A stretch of DNA of 64,000 bases from Takakia lepidozioides (Eukaryota; Plantae; Bryophyta): NCBI GenBank assembly GCA_030704615.1, contig CM060732.1, positions 30,814,001-30,878,000 on the forward strand. The letters run 5' to 3'. Made by a program: the position numbers and the translations under genes. Positions 47,312 through 59,122 of this stretch are shown here, piece after piece. How positions within the stretch are numbered: position 1 is the stretch's first letter; every line of letters starts with the position of its first letter. Below the pieces are notes generated by a model that made no database searches, had not been told where the DNA came from, and saw only the letters and a list, made by a program, of their open reading frames with translations.

Positions 47312-50300
47312 GTCTATTGTTTTAACTTGGTAATTCGTCGAGTAGGTAGGGTGTTGATAGTTGGTGAGCGGGTGAGCAGTATTTTTTCCACTGATGTGAC
47401 ATTTGTTTTATTAAGTTAATTTGATTAAAAGGGCCCTGGGTGGTGTCCCATTTCTCAGCCTTCATGGCGCTGTTATTGTGAAAGAGGTTATTTTCTCCTC
47501 TCACTATCAAGGGGCCTGATTTGTGAGCTGTCGCTCCGAGATGTTTAGAAAATAAAATAAAAATAAAAGGCCTTTGTCCCCTTTCCATGAAAAAAAACTT
47601 AAGAAAATTAAAAAATTAAGGAGGCAGGAATAAGCTTCCATCCCCAGCTAAACCCACTCTCCTCTCTGGAGATAAGACTCCTCCTGCGAGGCCAGTCCCA
47701 GAAGCCGCCACAAGCTCCCCCAACCCTTCAAACGACCCAGCAGATCTGTTACAAATCAAAAGTCCCATGGATGTTGTGGGTTCGGAGCCACAATTCATCA
47801 GCCCCTCTCGTCCAGTTCCAAAAAAGCACAGGGAGTCCACGGACCCAATGAGGTTGGAATCTGCACATGTCAAGGCTTCATGGAGCAGCAAGGGCAAATG
47901 GATCCCAGTGGGAGGTGTTGCATACACCTACCCCACCGTCGGCTGATTCAGCCATTCTGCCAAACAGGCCCACGTAGCAATCTATATCTACAATGCTTAC
48001 TGGCATAGCAAACCACTCAGCCATAGCCACGGCACTTGAAAGTATCAGATCGTTCCTCACTTGACTCTCCGCAGCTCCACGGAGGTTAATTCTGAAGAAA
48101 GTCCGAAAGCCTCATGCATCACCCCTCTAATCTTTAGGAAAGGACCACCACAGTCTAATTTCCTCGTTACAGAGGCTGCATGGGATGATTTTGCATCACT
48201 TTGGGTCACTGCTCATGATGTGGCCACTTCTTGCAAATTGCTCACCTAACAAGACATGCTCAAGAAAAAAATTCAAGATTTCCCGCTGTCTAAATTGCCC
48301 GACTATCACCTGGCTGGTACCCAAGGTCTCCTGGGGATCCTTCCTGGTCAAATTCCCGGGACTTAGCTGCAACCCGGTGGCTCATATTCTAGCACTAATG
48401 GAAGAGGTTGACATCTATGGGTCTCAGCCCCCGCAGGGATCATCGTGGGTGAAGAAAAGCATCCTTTCAGAGCCATGGGGTACTGCCAAGCTGAACCCAT
48501 GCTACAAGGAAACACTCATCAATGCCTTTGACATTCTCGAGGCAATTCTGGAAGCAGAGGTGGACGAAGACAATCACAGGGGGGATCTTCCTGGAGGACT
48601 CGGGATCACCTTTACGGAGCCAGGCCAGCACCCTCTCCATCCTCCTCCTCCAGTGTCTCGGGTCGCTCCGTGGCGCTCGCACCTTCAATGCCCAGTCCTG
48701 AAGCCTACACCTAGTGACCCATCTCAGCATGGCGTTATTCTGTCTCCAAGCACTTCCGCCCTGGTTCCTTCACCGCGCGCCCCCCCACCTCCTGCTCCTC
48801 GGTCCAACGTGGAAGAAGATTTTATCAACACTGACCAGGTTCCCTCCTCCTTCTACCCTTGCTTTATTTTCTATGCTGATAAAATCGACTCTAAACTGTT
48901 GGCTTCTTTGTCGAAAAAACTCTCTCAAAAGGTCAGTTCGTAGAAGGCTACCATCTCTCTCTCTTCCTTCTACCTTTCCCCTGCCCTATTGCCATGGCTC
49001 TCACCAGCACCCTCCCCTCTCTCTTCAACTCCCTCTTCCAGAAATTTTTTTCCTTTGTTCTACCCAATTGCTATCTATCTCCCTTTTCCATCCTCCCCCC
49101 AGTCAATTTCTCTTCCCCCCAACCCATCCTGCAACATCCCCCCAGCCACAGTAACTATGATCTAGGTCAAGAAGCTTTTACCTAGGCCCCCTCTGGGTTT
49201 CCACTGGGTCAACTCCCTCCTCCCAACAGATCGTAGGGTTTGTTTTTTCCTCGATCCCCCTAGGCCATCAAATGAGGTTAACACCCTTCGCCTCTCCCTC
49301 AACCCAAATGTTGATTAACCTTTCCTCCTGGAACAGTAGAGGGCTAGGCCAGGGCCTTGACTCGCTTAAAAAAATCCGCTTCAAAACCTGGCTCCAGCCA
49401 TTTCTTTGTCAAGACGCCATCATATCCTTCCAAGAACACAAGTTAGACATTTTCAAAATATCCGAGCTCAAAGATCATCTCTGGCCTCTCAATCTCTCTC
49501 CATGGAAACCGACTTCCGCTAGCTCCAAAGGAGGAACTGCTATCCTCCTCTCACCCTCTCTCCACTTTCTCCTCCGCTGTGAGGCCTCCTGGATTCCTGG
49601 GAGGGCTCATGAATTTTGTGCCCTTGACCTCCCAACAACACGGGTTCTCATCAATATTTATGCGCCAAATTCTACCTCGGAAAGAGCAGACTTCTGGCTA
49701 GCACTAAGAAATATTAAAATGAAAGAAATTGACTTTCTTGATAGCTGGGTCATTATGGGGGACTTCAATATGGTGGAAGCCCCAGAGGACCGTAGATGCC
49801 CCTCTGCCTTAACCCAACCTCGGTAGAAATGGACAATTGGAACAACTTATCCCACTTTCATAATCTTGTAGAAGCAGTCTCTCCCTCCCTAGCGGCGCCC
49901 CCTTCCTCACAGCTCCCTACCTTTACCTTGTCAAACAATAGAACTCTTCCTGACCTCCAATTGGCCAGACTTGATAGATTTTATTCTTCTCTAAATCTCG
50001 TCCAATGGATCACCAGAAACCCCCAATCCCGGACGTTACAAGGTTTTGACCATGCTTTCATCTCAGCCTCTATCTCCATCCCGAACTCCCAAACTAGGGG
50101 CAAAGGGATATACAAGCTTAATACTTCTCTGCTCAAGATTCCTTCTTTTAAGCAGGGGCTCCTCACTGCCGTCCCAAGCGGGCTCCCCTGATCAGGACCC
50201 CATCACTAAGTTCCAAGCAAAGCTTAAAGCTGTAGGCACTGCTGCTCAAGTCATGAGCAAGGATTCTCTTAGGCCCAGCTTTGTAGACCGCATAAGGAAG

Positions 50301-52410
50301 GAGATCTGGGACTAATTGACCCGGTCATGCAGATCTCCGCCTTGCTCTCTAAGTGGATACCAAGGTCGTTTTGTAATGGATCTAGCCCCTGGTGTACGCT
50401 ATTCAGAGCGCACATGGTGCACTCCCAACTCCCCATCCTGGGCACCATCCCTTAAATGGCTGTTTCATGGTGCTGGAAAGTCACGAACAGCTGGATCTGC
50501 TGCCTGGAACTCTACATAGGAGGCATGGAAGTCCATTCGTCCCCATTTGTCTCAAAGAAGAGCTGCCTGCTTTGAAGAGGCCATTCGCCAACCCTTATTT
50601 GGCAATCCCAACTTGGGTTGTGAACATTTGGCTGCTCTCAATAAGAAGTGGGCCACTTGGGAGGCAAGAGGTCTTTCGCACATTGCCAATATCTGAGAAA
50701 ATGGTCAGTTTCTGGACCCTTCCCTCTTGTCCTCCATGCTTTCTGCTAATTCCATTAGGACCGGCTGGGAACAGATTAAATCAGGTGTTTCATTCGTACA
50801 ACCCTTGTTACTTGGGGGCCCCTGTACTATCAATGATCTGCCTGTTTGGTTCGGATGCTCAGAGGGCAACAGACTCGTGGCCCTCCTGGCGGTCTTGTCC
50901 TCACAGACGCACTGGGAAGGTCTCCTTTTCAGGCCTTCCTCTAATATTGGGAGACTCTCCTTCATTGGAAATGGGGAATTGCTTCATGACCTAGTGGCCT
51001 CCTGGTGGCTTACAGAATTAGAGTCTTCGACACTCTAACAGGATCGACAGAACCCAGGCCTCCGCAGGGAGGAGAATAGTGTTGGGCTCAGAAATTTCAT
51101 ATGGTTCTTGAACCCGCTCAACAGATTCGACCCGGGCGAATGGTCATGGAAAGATGATAAAAAGACACCTCTGTTGGGTTACACTGTGAAACTGGTTACA
51201 TGATGCTTCTCGGTAAGGCAGACTTTGTAGAGAAGTGGAATCGCAAATGGAACTTCAATCTACAGTCACCTACTTGGAACTCGGTCTGGAAGGACATTTG
51301 GGCCAAGCGCCGCTCGGCAAAAACTAGTGCCTTTCTTTGGAAGCTGACGAATAGGATTCTGCCCATGGCCGTTTGTTTCCCTGATCGTGACCCTTCTTGC
51401 TTGGTTTGCAATTGCAATCTAAATGAGACTATTGAGCATGCCGTCACTGAATATTACCTGTCTGTAAGGATCTGGCAGCTTGTCACAGCCTTCCATGCGT
51501 GCTGGAAATCTGTGCCCCGTACAGCTGCACCCCTGCTGCTTCTAAACATGCACAATGGGTCTATTTTGGAGTAATTGTCCAATTTGCGCATGCCTCAGGG
51601 CACACACCCTTGGTCGATTTGGAAGGCTAGATGTAGTTTGTTATTTGAAGGGAGGTGCCCCAACATCAGATTAGTGCTTTATAAATTATTTGCTGATCTG
51701 ATGACTGAGAGGCGTAAGGCATGTGTGTCTTTGGAAACAGCTTCAACCAGGTGTAGCGACAGGAGGAGTCGTCAACTCTTCACGGACTTCGACCTCACCT
51801 GGGCCACGATCTCTCCTCGCGAATCACTTGGCATGATGCCATCCCCGGGGGAATGGCAAATCCCTTGCTGAGTCAGATGGACTCGACGTCAACTGGAAGC
51901 ATCTCAGTCTGCATGCTGCGAAATCTAAAGTCCACCTGAACTTCGGGCTCTAATCTATTTCTCTGATTTGAGGCACTTTGCTACTTAGTGCCCGTTTATC
52001 TGCTATGCAGCCATATAGTTAGGCTGTCAATATTGCTACTGCCTGGCTAGATTTGGTCCTATGGCGATCCCCCTCCCCGCCTTCTCTCGAACTTATTCTT
52101 AGATACTCCCGCTTCCCCCCCCCTTCCCTCTTAGTGCTGGGTGTTCCCATTCATCCAAAGGGGCCGGATTTCCAACACAAGATTACTTCTGATTCCATGT
52201 GGTTCTTTATAATAATTCCAGCACATTTGGTTCCATATGTGATCATGTGATACACTTTTACATCTCCTTGGAGGTTATTTTCCCTGCTCTATGTTCTGCT
52301 TTTTTGCCCCTTCGATAAAGTTCCGATGAGGGCCTCAGACCCCTGTTGCCCCAAAAAAAAAGAAAAAAGAAAAAGAACTTCATTCCCTTTATTTAAAAAA
52401 AAGAAAAGAA
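47312..52410 (+). mobile_element. LINE-derived spacer: a short LINE 3' end (47312-~47585) and an internally deleted L1-like LINE (~47603-52410; ORF1-like region, endonuclease, no RT core, zf-RVT, A-rich tail)
   Basis: SWNSRGLG, FQEHKL, INIYAPN, MGDFN, RLDRFY (49272-50191); WKDIWAKRRSAKTSAFLWKL..CLVC..ETIEH (51200-51574); A-rich tail 52353-52410; no DFEKAFD or YADD seen. Confidence 0.9.
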
Positions 52411-55400
52411 CGTGAGAAAAACTTAAATGCCACTCTGGCTGCTCAGCGCCTTCCTCCCTCTATGGTCGTTTCGAGAGAACACTCTACAATCGCCAGACTG
52501 CAAACATAAGCTGGGTTAGCATCTGTGTACGTCTGGACATGCTCGTTGTTCCTCGTCGTGTAGAGCCCAATGGAGCCCAAAACAACTTGCATGAATGTTG
52601 TCGAAAGCTCCCTAGCACCCCTCAGTAAAGGACCATGTCAACATGTTGATGCTGTCGGATTTTCGATCACAAACCTCTACCTTGGAGCACGGAGCAGAGC
52701 TGGCTTGAGTTTTTAAAAGATCCTTCACGATGGTGGGACAACCGCAATCGCAAGGTGTGGCTTTTTCTTAATGTACGATGTGAAGAAGTTTGTCCATCCT
52801 GCAAATGGCTCCTGTTAGTACCATGATTTGGTATTCTTCCTGATGTTTACAAGGTTCTTGGGAGAGTTAGCTTGGTCTTAGCAGGCCGTGTTTCAACCTC
52901 TGCCTGCTCAGCTGCACCGTGGTGGTTCTCACAGACCAATTCGACATTACCTGACTACAGGCACAAGCAGCACACACAAGAGGTCCTTTTGGGTTGATGG
53001 TCGGTCAAATCCTCCATGGGTCATGACACAAGGTCAAGGACAATGTGGTGAGGGCACCTTCTTCTTCGACCTATTTCAGCCTGTTTTGCCCTCTCACCAG
53101 ACCCCTGAGATGCATATTGAATTGTGTAAGTTAGTTCGTTGGGTGGATCTGTGGTGGTTTGGAGTGACTTTGACCAGTTACTGCCGATGTGGCAGCAGGG
53201 AAGTATCCACAAACAGATAACAGAGATGAGGAGAAGCTTTGGAATGAACACTTTTCCGACCCCAGTCAATGGTGGGACAATGGAGACAAAAAGGTGAATG
53301 CCTGTTGGACTACAGAGAGAAGCAGATGCAATTCAGAATTGGAACCACTGTAATAAGTAGGGTTCGGGTGTTTGCTGGAAGAACTTCACGCCGTGTCAGC
53401 TGCTAGCAGCAAGGCTGAGGATGTATTCATGATTTGTACTCAGGCAGGGATAGCTGAAGGACCAGGGATAGAGGTCCAGAAACATCCAAGAGGGCCGGAT
53501 TTCAAACACAAGATTACTTCTGATTCCCTATGGATCAATAGCTACAAGAAATCTGTGTGGGTAGATGGTCAACTGGAAACAACAGCGGCAGCAGCACAAC
53601 TGATAGAACAAGGCACTGCTAATGAAGGCACCTTCAACACATTTCAGCCTGTTTTTACCTGTTATCAGAGTCGTCCCTTTTCATGTTGAATTCTGCAAGT
53701 TAGCTCGTTCGTGGATCTATGGTGGTTTTGGAGTGATTTTGACATGTTACTGCCAATGTGGCAACAGGAAAGTGTCGGAAAACAGATAACAGAGACGAGG
53801 AGAAGCTCTGGAATGAATTCGTTTCCAATCCCAGTCAATGGTGGAACAATCGAGGCAAAAAGGTGAATGCCTGTTGGAAGCAGACGCAAGTCAGCACAGG
53901 AACTAGTGTGATAAGTAGGGTTGGGTGTTTGCTGGAACAATTCTAGGCTGTCATTGTCAGCTGCTAAGGATGTATGCATGATTTGTGCAGAGGCATGGAT
54001 AGCTGAAGGAGCAGGGATAGAGTGTGGGTCCAGGTACATCCAAGAGGGCCAGATTTCAAGCACAAGATTACCTATGATTCCCTGTGGATCAATAGCTACA
54101 AGAAACCTGCATGGGTAGATGGTCAACTACAGGCAGCAGCTGCAGCGGCACAGTTGATAAAATTAGGCACTTCAACCATAACCACAGCTTCTGGAAGAGG
54201 ATCAAGAGAGGGAGTCCACGATGCCTCTTCTGGCACTTCTGGGCATGTGAAGATGCTTTGTGAGGCAGGCAGACTGAAAGAGGCTCTACAGACTTTAAAC
54301 CAAGGGGGCATTTCAGCAGATTCAGATACGTATGTCTGTCTCTTGCATAAGTGCATCAAGATGAAAGGCCTGGAAGCTGGAAAGCAGGTGCACACTCACA
54401 TTATCCAAAGTGGATTCACGCCAAATGTTTTTCTACTCAACACCCTTGTCAACATGTACGTGAAGTGCGGGAGCATCATAGATGCTCACCAAGCGTTCAA
54501 CAGAATGCCTCAACGATCTTTGATCACGTGGAATATAATGTTGGCAGGATTTACCAAGCATGGGTGTGGTATGAATGCTTTGGAGACCTATGAGCAAATG
54601 ATGCGCGAAGGGGTGAAGCCCAACCGCATCACGTTTGTTTGTGTTTGCAATGCGTGTGCAAGCCTGGGAGCCCTGGAAAAGGGGAAAGAGGTCCATGGTG
54701 ACATCGTCAAAGCTGGAATTGTACCAGATGTCATTCTGAACACTGCCCTGGTGGACATGTATGCCAAATGTGGGTGCATTAAGGATGCAAAGGCAGTTTT
54801 GAACCATATGGCTGAACGAAATGTGGTGTCGTGGAGCGCGATGATTGCAGGGTATGCGCAGCAGGGACGTGGGGTAGAGGCTTTGGAGACCTATGAGCAA
54901 ATGATGGGGGAAGGGGTGAAGCCCAACCACATCACGTTTGTGTCCGTTTGCAATGCGTGTGCAAGCCTGGCAGCCCTGGAAAAGGGCAAAGAGGTCCATG
55001 GCAACATTGTCAGAGCTGGAATTGTACCCGATGTAATTCTGAACAATGCCCTCGTAGACATGTATGCCAAATGTGGGAGCATCGAGGATGCGAAGGCAGT
55101 GTTCACCAATATGGCTGACCGAAATGTGGTGTCGTGGAACGCGATGCTTGCAGGGTATGCACAGCAGGGGCGTGGGATGGAGGCTTTGGAGACCTATGAG
55201 CAAATGATGGTGGAAGGGGTGAAGCCCGACCACGTCACGTTTGTGTGTGTTTGCAGTGCGTGTGCAAGCCTGGCAGCCCTGGAAAAGGGCATAGAGGTGC
55301 ATGGTGGTATCACCAAAGCTGGAATTGTGCCAGATGTGATTCTGAACAATACCCTCGTGGACATGTATGCAAAATGTGGGAGCATCCAGGATGCGAAGGC

Positions 55401-57059
55401 AGTGTTCGACAGTATGGCTGAACGAGATTTGGTGTCGTGGAGTGCGATGATTGCAGGATATGCACAGCAAGGGCGCGGGATGGAGGCTTTGGAGACCTAT
55501 GAGCAAATGATGGGGGAAGGGGTGAAGCCCAACCACATCACGTTTGTTTCCGTTTGCAATGCGTGTGCAAGCCTGGCAGCCCTGGAAAAGGGCAAAGAGG
55601 TCAATTGTGACATCGTCAAAGCTGGAATTGTACCCGATGTCATTCTGAACACTGCCCTGGTGGACATGTATGCCAAATGTGGGTGCATGGAGGATGCGAA
55701 GGGAGTGTTCGACAGTATGGCTGAACGAGATTTGGTGTCGTGGAGTGTGATGATTGCAGGATATGCACAGCAAGGGCGCGGGATGAAGGCTTTGGAGACC
55801 TATGAGCAAATGATGGGGGAAGGGGTGAAGCCCAACCACATCACATTTGTTTGCGTTTGCAATGCGTGTGCAAGCCTGGCAGCCCTTGAAAAGGGCAAGG
55901 AGGTCCATGGTGACATCGTCAAAGCTGGAATTGTACCCGATGTCATTCTGAACACTGCCCTGGTGGACATGTATGCCAAATGTGGGTGCATTGAGGATGC
56001 GAAGGGAGTGTTCGACAATATGACTGAACGAAATGTGGTGTCGTGGAACTCAATGATCGCAGGATATGCCCAGCATGGTTGTCATAGGGATGTCCTGCAA
56101 CTATTTGAAGGAATGCAAAAGAACGGCTTGAAGCCGGACAGTGTCACCTTTATATGTGTTCTCTCTGCATGCAGCCACACTGGCCTACTGAATGAAGGAA
56201 GACGCTACTTTGATTCCCTGAGTCAAGATCATGGTGTCACTCCGACAGTAAAGCACTTTGGCTGTATGGTGGACCTTCTTGGACGTGCGGGACAACTGGA
56301 TGAGGCAGTGGATCTGATTAATAAGATGCCAATTAATCCAGATGTTGTGGTGTGGAAGGCCTTGCTTGGTGCCTGCAGAATCCATGGCAATGTGGAGATG
56401 GCTGAACGTGCAGCAACATCTATCCTCAAGTGGGATGAACAGGATGCCGCGACTTATGTGTTGCTTTCAAACATCTATGCTGCAGCTGGCAGGTGGGATG
56501 ATACTGCAAAGGTGAGAAGAATGATGAAGGTCAGAGGGGTTAGAAAGGAGCCAGGTCGCTGCTGCATTGAGGTTGGCAACAGGGTGCACACCTTTGTTGT
56601 AGATGACAAGTTGCATCCCAGAATGAAGGAAATCCATGCTGAGCTGAGAAGATTGTCTGGGCAGATGAAGGAGGCGGGGTATGTGCCTGACACGCGCTTT
56701 GTATTGCATGATGTGGGGGAGGAGGAAAAGGAATTTTCTCTTTGCCACCACAGTGAGAAGCTGGCCATTGGTTTTGGGCTGATCAGCACGCCCCCTAGGA
56801 CGCCTCTCCGTCTCATTAAGAATCTTCGAGTGTGTGGTGACTGCCACACCTCCACCAAATTCATCTCAAAGATTGTTGGCCGAGCAATTGTTGTACGGGA
56901 CGCTAACCGCTTTCACCACTTTGAAGATGGGATTTGTTCTTGTGGGGATTACTGGTGAAAGGATGTGTTTTTGGAAAGATGCGAGTTTCTTGCTTCATTC
57001 ATTGATCTGTGTAGCTATTCAGATCATCCACCATTTCCTGAGAGTATTGACCATGATGT
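52411..57059. repeat. Right arm of the inverted segmental duplication
   Basis: cgtgagaaaaacttaaatgcc... to ...gagagtattgaccatgatgt is the reverse complement of 42652-47311. Confidence 0.95.
52688..56958 (+). CDS. PDF-motif array + PLS-PPR-E1-E2-DYW C-to-U editing factor, copy R. Predicted exons ~52688-52754, ~52885-53032/53053, 53199-53293, 53480-~53627, 53768-53862, 54034-56958; start codon unresolved
   Basis: 978-aa ORF with intact HSEK..CGDCH..DYW; upstream exons bounded by AG and GT encode WLEFLKDPSRWWDNRNRK, EEKLWNEHFSDPSQWWDNGDKK|KHPRGPDFKHKITSDSLWINSYKKSVWV and EEKLWNEFVSNPSQWWNNRGKK|VHPRGPDFKHKITYDSLWINSYKKPAWV. Confidence 0.9.
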
Positions 57060-57061
57060 CG

Positions 57062-57290
57062 GTCAGCAAGGTGTGGGTGAAGAGGCGTTTACTGTATATC
57101 AGGAATGCAACGAGATGGTATGAAGCCAAATGATGTCACCTTCATGAGTGTCCTCAATTCATGTGCCAACCCATCAGCCCTGGAACAAGGGAAGCACTGA
57201 TATCATCAAAGCTGGAAGGGAGCTCGATGTCCGGGTAGGGACTGCCCTTGTCAGCATGTATTCCAGATGCGGGAGCGTGGAGGATGCGTG
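57062..57290 (+). pseudogene. Frameshifted PLS-PPR fragment
   Basis: QGVGEEAFTVYQ / MQRDGMKPNDVTFMSVLNSCA..LEQGK / DVRVGTALVSMYSRCGSVEDA. Confidence 0.8.
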
Positions 57291-57334
57291 AATCACATGG
57301 CTTATTGCGCTTGCATTTTTCTTTGCAAAGGGGT

Positions 57335-58159
57335 TCATGCATGTGCCAAGGCATTGATGGGCGCTTTGTCAAATTCGACAAGGATGCTGATGGATATTCT
57401 ATCGATGAATCAGTCAAGCTCCCCAGAGCGACCAGAACATTGGTCCGACGTCTGTGTGAGGTGGGGGATGGCTATTCCAATGGGTGAAAAACCACATTTT
57501 GAGAGTTTGGAAGATGGCCCATTGGAGGCAATTAGTACCGTGGTCCAGGCATTCTGCGCTGCATTGCAAGAAGAACTTTCTGAGACAGCTTCTGGTTCAA
57601 ATATTTCCAAGCTTGCAAGAGAGACTGGCTCTGGGGAAGGTGGACATCAATGGAGGGACGTGGAACCAGTGGTGGAGCGTGCGCACAGATTGGCAGCTGG
57701 ATTTCTCCGTTTCTCGCCAATGATGAAGCTGCCATGGCTGAAGCAATCAAACACCAGCTAGTGCTTGAAAATAGGTCATCAGATGCCCTAACCTTTTCAG
57801 ACTTGCACCGGTGCTTGTCATCTCAGAGTGACCTGGTTGTATAGAGAATCGCTGGCCACTGCTCTATCTTCTTCACGCCATATTAGAACATGAAAGGAGG
57901 GAAAGATTACTAGACGCTAATGGCTGTCTTGGAGGGTGAGGTCCATAACCCTGCTCCATTCTTGTCAAGCACTGAGGGCATGAAGACCATAGGGAATTGC
58001 CTGTCATTGAGGCGCTTGGCTGTGTGGCTAGCAGAACCATTAGTACGAATGCGACTGATGGCCGTGCTGGTGGATGATTGCAAGACACTGAGAGGGGCTT
58101 TCTTGAGGCAGCTACTGCACCAGGTCTGCTCACCACTCTTCGAGATGGTTTGGAGGTAA
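57335..58159 (+). pseudogene. Scrambled gamma-tubulin complex component 3 (GCP3/Spc98-like) fragments
   Basis: CQGIDGRFVKFD..GYSIDESVKLPRATRTLVRRLCEVG; VVQAFCAALQEELSE; AMAEAIKHQL..RSSDALTFSDLH (N-terminal piece, out of order); LSLRRLAVWLAEPLVRMRLMAVLVD..VCSPLFEMV. Recognised from memory of plant GCP3. Confidence 0.8.
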
Positions 58160-59122
58160 GGTTGTTCTACTGGATACAGTTTTTGGAGTGTGGTAATCGC
58201 CGCTTGTTTGATATGATGCCCAAGAGAGATTTGATCTCATGGATCATCCTCTCTCTTCCTTTTGATCTGCCCAAACTCCCTTTTCACCCTCCCTCTTGTT
58301 CCACCCCTCTGTTCACCAACTTCAAAATCTCGAGGCTCTGAGCCCAAAATGTGGTGGAGAGCAGACAAGAGGGAACAGACACTACCTTTGTGAGGGGCTC
58401 ACAGGATTTACCTGATATAAACAATAAGTTTGGGTTTTCCAGATTTCCTCTAGAAAGCCCTTCACACAAGCATCAAGGATAAGGTGAGAGAGAGCCATGA
58501 AGAAGTATTAATTGCCGTTCACTTCCATGAACATGTAGCATGCAGGATATAACCCCTCCAGTCAGGTGTGATTCCCAGTTTGAATGAATAGCCCGACCAT
58601 GCTCCATTTTCAATAGTGAACTTTACTCAGTATCCACAGCCATTTATTTGTATGTGAGATAGATCAAGTTTTGAGACCAAATCACACTGATTAGGTCCTG
58701 ATAAATTCAGCTTTCAGGAAGTTTTGTAATGATGAAGCTTTGGTGATGAATAGGCGGCATCAAAAATGATAATGGATACAAGTTTGCAGCCAATCCTAGA
58801 CCAATATGCTGTTGGTGTCATTCATAAGTTACTTATCAAATCTGTCAAACTTGGAGTCCGAGCCCCTCGAGTTCTCGGTCTGTGTACCTACCCTTGCTTT
58901 CATGTTTTAAGTATGTGTCTCTGCTTTCTCGCTTTCTCTTCTGAATGTGAAAACAGTCTCCTCTGATCTCAAGGGCTTGCCTACCCTCGAAATTTAAACG
59001 CAGGGCGGGGATGGCAGAGGATGGCGCGTTACAGTGAATTCCGGATCACAAGTGCTGATACAAATCAGCCTTAAGTGCTGTTCCAGCATGTTCATGTATA
59101 TGAAATGTTTGTGTGCTCACAG

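Noticed and set aside
54022-54033. ORF-track start codons of the 978-aa ORFs (GTG 54022, TTG 45691)
   Set aside because: They lie in the predicted intron, just before the CAG acceptor, so they are unlikely to be real starts
54433-55908. Long antisense ORFs over the PPR arrays (491 aa here; 193 and 289 aa at 43805-45280)
   Set aside because: Shadow frames of the homogenised 303-bp repeat, with no independent coding signal
56540-56958. Possibility of a U-to-C (DYW:KP) editing enzyme
   Set aside because: The PG box, HSEK, CGDCH and terminal DYW match the canonical C-to-U type
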